From positions 1 through 38,126 of the forward strand of contig JBDRBK010000211.1 of assembly GCA_043822705.1 (NCBI GenBank): a stretch of DNA of 38,126 nucleotides, given 5' to 3'. Under the pieces are notes generated by a model. That model did no database searches and was not told the origin of the DNA. It saw only the letters and a list, made by a program, of their open reading frames with translations. Source of the stretch: Fidelibacterota bacterium (GTDB lineage: Bacteria; Fidelibacterota; Marinisomatia; Marinisomatales; TCS56). The first letter of the stretch is position 1, and the number at the start of each line of letters is the position of its first letter. The translations under genes and the position numbers were made by a program. Positions 33,420 through 38,126 of this stretch are shown piece by piece.

Positions 33420-35495
33420 ATGCTGAAAACCGGACTTAAATTACTTTTCATCGGATTAATCCTGATCCCGATAACCATTAATTACAGCGGCTGCAACCGA
33501 ATCGGGGATCACTCCAGGTCGCAACAAGTTAAATCTCCCAATGGAATCAACCGGGTCGTCTTTGAACTTGTTGACGGTATTCCGTATTACACTATCGCCT
33601 ATGGCGATAAGGAAGTATTGGATCAATCCCGGCTGGGCATTGTATTGAAATCTGTGCCGGATTTCAGTCAGGGATTGAAAGTTATGAATACTGTGCGGAA
33701 TAAATTCGATGAAATCTGGGAACAGCCCTGGGGCGAGCAACGCCTGATTCGAAATTCCTATAATGAACTGGCGATTGAATTGACAACGGACGAGAAGCCG
33801 GCCCGGAATGTAAATATTATCTTCCGAGCCTTTGATGACGGGGTAGCCTTCCGTTATGAATTTCCGCGGCAGGCCAATTTGGGCGATTTTATCATCATGG
33901 ATGAGTTGACTGAGTTTGCTTTGCCGGGCGATCACCGGGCCTGGTGGATCGGCGCCTACCAGTGGAATCGCTATGAATATCTCTTTGAAAATACACCGGT
34001 CAGTCAGGTCGATACGGCCCATACGCCGTTTACAATGGCAACGGCCGATGGTCTGTTCCTGAGCATTCATGAAGCCGCTCTGACCGATTATGCCAGCATG
34101 ACGCTGGCGAACGCCGGCAATCATATCCTCAAATGTGATCTGGTGCCCTGGGCCGAAGGGGATAAAGTGCGGGCCGCGACGCCCCACGTATCGCCGTGGC
34201 GGATGATTATGATCGCCAAGACAGCGGGGGAATTGATAACCAATTACATGGCGCTGAATCTGAATGAACCCAGCCGCATCGAGGATGTTTCCTTGATCAA
34301 ACCCGGTAAATACGTGGGCATCTGGTGGGGAATGCATATCGGGAAATACACCTGGGGTTCCGGTGAAAAACACGGTGCCACCACCGCCAACGTCAAAAAA
34401 TATATCGATTTTGCCGCCGGACACGGTTTTGATGGTGTTTTGGTAGAAGGCTGGAATACCGGCTGGGATGGCGACTGGGTCGCTAATGGCAATCTTTTCA
34501 GTTTTACCGCGACTCACCCTGATTTCGATCTCCCGCAGCTAAGCGCTTACGCTGCCGAGAAAAGTGTGCAATTAATCGGGCATCACGAAACCAGCAAGGG
34601 CATCGGCAATTACGAGGCTCAACTTGAGGCTGCCTTTGAATTATGTAGAAAGCATGGAATTAAGACCGTCAAAACCGGCTATGTGGGGCATGGGCGGAAT
34701 ATTATCCGGTACGAGGAAGGTCGGCCCACGGAACACCGGGAATGGCACCATGGCCAGTACATGGTCAACCACTATCGGAAAGTGACAGAGACCGCTGCTC
34801 GTTATGGCATCATGCTGGATGTTCACGAACCGATCAAGGATACGGGAATCCGCCGGACCTGGCCCAACCTGATGACCCGCGAAGGCGCCCGCGGGCAGGA
34901 ATTCAATGCCTGGGGACCGGACGGCGGCAACCCGCCCGATTACACGACTATCATTCCATTCACCCGCTGTCTGAGTGGCCCCTTTGACTTTACACCGGGA
35001 ATTTTCGACCTGTTTTTCGAAGAAGCCGATCGTCCCGATAATCGCATCAATACAACGCTGGTAAAACAACTGGCGCTGTATGTGACGATTTACAGCCCCC
35101 TGCACATGGCCGCCGATCTGTCGGAGAATTATGCCGGTCACCCGGCTTTCAAATTCATTGAGGATGTACCGGTGGACTGGGAGGAAACCAGGGTGCTGAA
35201 TGCTGAAATCGGTGGATATCTGACAATCGTCCGCAAAGACCGTAACAGTGATGACTGGTATCTGGGCAGCATCACCAATGAAAACGGCCGGTCATTGGAA
35301 TTGGGTCTGGATTTCCTGGATTCGACCCGCCGTTACCGGGCTGAAATCTATGCCGACGCTACCGATGCGGATTGGCAGTCTAATCCGTATGCCTATTCGA
35401 TTTCAGACCGGAACGTTAGCAGTACCGACAAACTGAAAATCGACCTCGCGCCTGGTGGTGGTCAGGTCATCAGATTCGTTGTACTGGATCGATGA
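33420..35495 (+). CDS. Glycoside hydrolase family 97 (SusB-like, inverting alpha-glucosidase type)
   Basis: KPGKYVGIWWGMH, YIDFAA, VLVEGWN.GW, GHHET, DVHEP, REGARGQEFNAW, GPFDFTPGIF. Confidence 0.94.
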   Translation: MLKTGLKLLFIGLILIPITINYSGCNRIGDHSRSQQVKSPNGINRVVFELVDGIPYYTIAYGDKEVLDQSRLGIVLKSVPDFSQGLKVMNTVRNKFDEIWEQPWGEQRLIRNSYNELAIELTTDEKPARNVNIIFRAFDDGVAFRYEFPRQANLGDFIIMDELTEFALPGDHRAWWIGAYQWNRYEYLFENTPVSQVDTAHTPFTMATADGLFLSIHEAALTDYASMTLANAGNHILKCDLVPWAEGDKVRAATPHVSPWRMIMIAKTAGELITNYMALNLNEPSRIEDVSLIKPGKYVGIWWGMHIGKYTWGSGEKHGATTANVKKYIDFAAGHGFDGVLVEGWNTGWDGDWVANGNLFSFTATHPDFDLPQLSAYAAEKSVQLIGHHETSKGIGNYEAQLEAAFELCRKHGIKTVKTGYVGHGRNIIRYEEGRPTEHREWHHGQYMVNHYRKVTETAARYGIMLDVHEPIKDTGIRRTWPNLMTREGARGQEFNAWGPDGGNPPDYTTIIPFTRCLSGPFDFTPGIFDLFFEEADRPDNRINTTLVKQLALYVTIYSPLHMAADLSENYAGHPAFKFIEDVPVDWEETRVLNAEIGGYLTIVRKDRNSDDWYLGSITNENGRSLELGLDFLDSTRRYRAEIYADATDADWQSNPYAYSISDRNVSSTDKLKIDLAPGGGQVIRFVVLDR

Positions 35496-35583
35496 ATGCT
35501 CCGGCGAGAAATCCGTTTATTGTTAGAGTAAATAATTGGAATGATCAAATAATTTCATTTGTCTAACCAGCAGATGGAAAAAG

Positions 35584-36138
35584 TTGCGAATGAATCAAAG
35601 TCAACTGGTCAAAGCGGCACGAAGCGGCGACCATGATGCCTTTCAGAAATTAGTCCGAAATCTGGAGCCGCGGGTTGCGGCAACCGTGGTTGGCATGCTG
35701 GGCAGTTGCCAGGAAGCCGATGATGTCGGGCAGGAAACATTCATTCGATTATACCGCTCTTTGAATGATTTTCGCGGCGATGCCAGTATCGAAACCTATG
35801 TTACCCGTATTGCCATCAATCTTTCGTTGAATGAATTGAAGAGAAGGAAACGAGTGTTCGCAATTTTCAATTTGGATGAATGCCCGTCGGAACAACCGGT
35901 TTATGACGGCCGGGAAGACGTAGCCCGTCAGGAAATCAGGGTAATGGTACAAACGGCTTTAAAAAAACTGTCACCTCGTTATCGATCTGTGATTGTGTTA
36001 CGACTGATCGATGGCTATTCAACCCGGGAAACAGCGGAAATTCTGGCTTTGCCGGAGGGAACGGTTTTATCGCGGCTGGCGCGGGCCCAGAAAAAAATGA
36101 GAGAGCTCTTAAATCCAATGCTTGGAGTGAAAACATGA
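35584..36138 (+). CDS. ECF RNA polymerase sigma-70 factor
   Basis: GD.DAF..LV, A.DV.QETF, Y.TRIAIN, E.A.IL.LPEGTV.SRL.RA. Start TTG 35584 or ATG 35590. Confidence 0.93.
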   Translation: MRMNQSQLVKAARSGDHDAFQKLVRNLEPRVAATVVGMLGSCQEADDVGQETFIRLYRSLNDFRGDASIETYVTRIAINLSLNELKRRKRVFAIFNLDECPSEQPVYDGREDVARQEIRVMVQTALKKLSPRYRSVIVLRLIDGYSTRETAEILALPEGTVLSRLARAQKKMRELLNPMLGVKT

Positions 36139-36542
36139 AGCAATCGATTCAAAAATTATTGTATCGATCCTTGGACGTAAAATTATCACCAGCGGAGCAA
36201 AAGCTGCTGTCTGATGCCCTGACCGACTCGGAACAGTTATGCCTGGAAAAACAGGAGCTGGACCAGATCCGCATGATTATACAGGATGCAAAAACCGAGT
36301 CGTTTCAACCATTTTTTGCCGAGCGGGTTATGACCCGTTTAATGCAACCGGATAAGCCGGCAACCGAAGTCGATATGTTCACGGCCCTTACTACCTTTTT
36401 CAAGCCCCTGGGTATTGCCGCCACCCTGGTTCTGATTGGACTGTTGGTCTACAACGTAAGTAATGCCGGTTACCTGTCAATCGACACGATTATCGGCCTG
36501 CCGGAAGTAACCATCGACAATATTGCCTTGGCTATTCAATAA
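36135..36542 (+). CDS. Putative single-TM anti-sigma factor
   Basis: ATGA overlap with the sigma gene; LS..E...L..AL, PFFAERVM, one TM helix. No HxxxCxxC zinc motif. Confidence 0.65.
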   Translation: MKQSIQKLLYRSLDVKLSPAEQKLLSDALTDSEQLCLEKQELDQIRMIIQDAKTESFQPFFAERVMTRLMQPDKPATEVDMFTALTTFFKPLGIAATLVLIGLLVYNVSNAGYLSIDTIIGLPEVTIDNIALAIQ

Positions 36543-36556
36543 GAAAGGGTGATCAG

Positions 36557-36991
36557 ATGCTAAAAATAGAGACTAAATCGGCAATTATAATTTTCGTTAC
36601 ATTTTTTCTGGGCCTTGGCCTGGGGATGACATCCAGCCAGTATCTGATCGGGAAGCGCATCGATAAACTGTCCAATGTCCGTAATCGCCCGGGATTTGAG
36701 AATGTAATCAAATCGACTATAATTCCCTCTGACGAACAGCTTGATACATTGAATGTCATATTATATAAGCACTCAACTGAAATGCAGCAGATGCGCGAAC
36801 AGCAAATTTCTCAAACCATACAACTTTTTGAAAAATTGCTGGAGGAATTAAAACCAATTTTAACCGAAGAACAGCTCCGGCGACTGGATCGGATGAGTGG
36901 TGAAAGACTTAAGGGAAGATTCCCGTTCGAAGGTCGTCCTCCGGGGATGCATGAAAAGCCCAGGGAGCCAAGGAACCGTGAGAGTATATAA
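36557..36991 (+). CDS. Membrane-anchored periplasmic protein, Spy/CpxP-like helical pattern
   Basis: N-terminal TM; SDEQ and ILTEEQ motifs. Confidence 0.55.
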   Translation: MLKIETKSAIIIFVTFFLGLGLGMTSSQYLIGKRIDKLSNVRNRPGFENVIKSTIIPSDEQLDTLNVILYKHSTEMQQMREQQISQTIQLFEKLLEELKPILTEEQLRRLDRMSGERLKGRFPFEGRPPGMHEKPREPRNRESI

Positions 36992-37027
36992 AAAACCATT
37001 TGTGTTGATTAGGATTATAGAAAAAAA

Positions 37028-37879
37028 ATGAAATTAAATACTGTATTAGCATTAACAATTTTGGCTATCGGAATGACCGGATGCAATAACGGCCAAATCG
37101 ATAGTGGCTGGTCAGATGATGTTGTTGTCATTGATGGCAATGACCGGGAATGGCGCAATAACCAGTTTATCCCGAACAAGGAAAAGGTCGCCCTGGGGAT
37201 AATGAATGACGCTGATAATCTCTATATTTCATTTCGGACCGCCGACCAGGCAACGATTCTTCGGGCCCTGATTATGGGTTTTACCGTATGGATCGACCCC
37301 AGGGGTAGAAATAGTCAGGTGTTTGGAATTAAATATCCGGTAGGCTCCGGCCCGGGTGAAATGCGTGGAATGAAGCGTGGAGCCAGTGATTCCTACGAGG
37401 AAAGAGACCAACAGATTGAATTTCTGCTACAGAATCAGAATATTGTGGATATTTATGGCTCTGACGATTTTCTGGTCCGGCGTCTGCCGGTGTCAAATGA
37501 AAGTGGAATAATAGTAAAACCGGGATATATCCAGGGGCAATTCATCTATGAATTGCAGATACCACTGGCGGTTATCGAAGAACAAACCGGCAGTGTACGG
37601 ATCGAACCAGGCGCTACTGTGGGAGTCGGATTTCTGGCCGGCGAAATTGACAGGGAAGTAATGCGTGAGCAGGGTAATGGTGACATGTCCGATGCCGGTG
37701 GCGGCAAGGGTGGTGGCCGCGGTGGTGGCCGCGGCGGTGGTATGGACGGTGGCATGGGTGGTGGTCGTGGTGGTGGTGGTAAAGGCGGGCCGTCCGGCGG
37801 CGGAGCGCAGGCAAGCAGCCGTGAACAGCCTAAATCAATGAAACTGTGGTTCAGGGTAAAACTGGCTATCAGACCATAG
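37028..37879 (+). CDS. Hypothetical lipoprotein with Gly-rich low-complexity segment
   Basis: Lipobox MTGC; IDG...EW, ND..NLY, YEL.IPL motifs (DOMON-like pattern); GGGRGGGRGGG tract at ~37697-37805. Confidence 0.75.
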   Translation: MKLNTVLALTILAIGMTGCNNGQIDSGWSDDVVVIDGNDREWRNNQFIPNKEKVALGIMNDADNLYISFRTADQATILRALIMGFTVWIDPRGRNSQVFGIKYPVGSGPGEMRGMKRGASDSYEERDQQIEFLLQNQNIVDIYGSDDFLVRRLPVSNESGIIVKPGYIQGQFIYELQIPLAVIEEQTGSVRIEPGATVGVGFLAGEIDREVMREQGNGDMSDAGGGKGGGRGGGRGGGMDGGMGGGRGGGGKGGPSGGGAQASSREQPKSMKLWFRVKLAIRP

Positions 37880-38126
37880 TTTTGTATTTAATGAATGGGT
37901 AACGAATTACCCCGTCGAGAAGAAGTTCCCAGAAACTTCCGTTCAAACTCCCGGTATTCATTATAATTGAACAGTACCTGCCTCACGGCCGGTGCTGTTT
38001 TTTTTCGCTTGAATCTAAAATGCATCAGGGAAAATCAGGAAGTAATCAGAGAAATTATTTTTCGGGTGGAATGGTTCGGGATAGTTAATTGTCTAACCTG
38101 TAAAACATCATATGCGACAGATAATT

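Noticed and set aside
33456..34517. 353-aa antisense ORF
   Set aside because: It lies wholly opposite the well-supported GH97 gene and has no motifs; a shadow ORF.
37697..37805. GGTGGC-type tandem repeat as a contingency locus
   Set aside because: The codons vary and simply encode a Gly-rich linker; it is not a perfect slippage tract.

Overview
A 38 kb bacterial region of moderate GC. Three secreted proteins end in a T9SS/FlgD-type C-terminal sorting domain (PNPFNP...LLK), which points to an FCB-superphylum lineage such as Marinimicrobia, KSB1 or Calditrichota (inference). In order: a sodium:solute symporter with a small membrane partner; tRNA-Asn(GTT) followed by a REP-interrupted copy of its 3' end that runs into a degenerate GIY-YIG nuclease; a TolB-like lipoprotein; a hemerythrin; and three T9SS cargo proteins. 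One cargo carries three tandem C1q/BclA-like domains, one carries five copies of an unannotated domain nested in Ig-like modules, and one is an arylsulfotransferase whose sorting-domain DNA is 278/283 identical to its neighbour's. Next come a MalT-like STAND-LuxR regulator, an apparently inserted MarR cassette, and a small protein/LolA-like/outer-membrane barrel/MMPL export module. The rest is a string of regulator-led cassettes with readable operators: PadR, MarR, NikR-TBDR-ECF-methyltransferase, ArsR-ArsM, then a GH97 gene and an ECF sigma operon. No integrase, transposase, CRISPR or reverse transcriptase was seen. All calls come from reading motifs by eye; no database searches were run.
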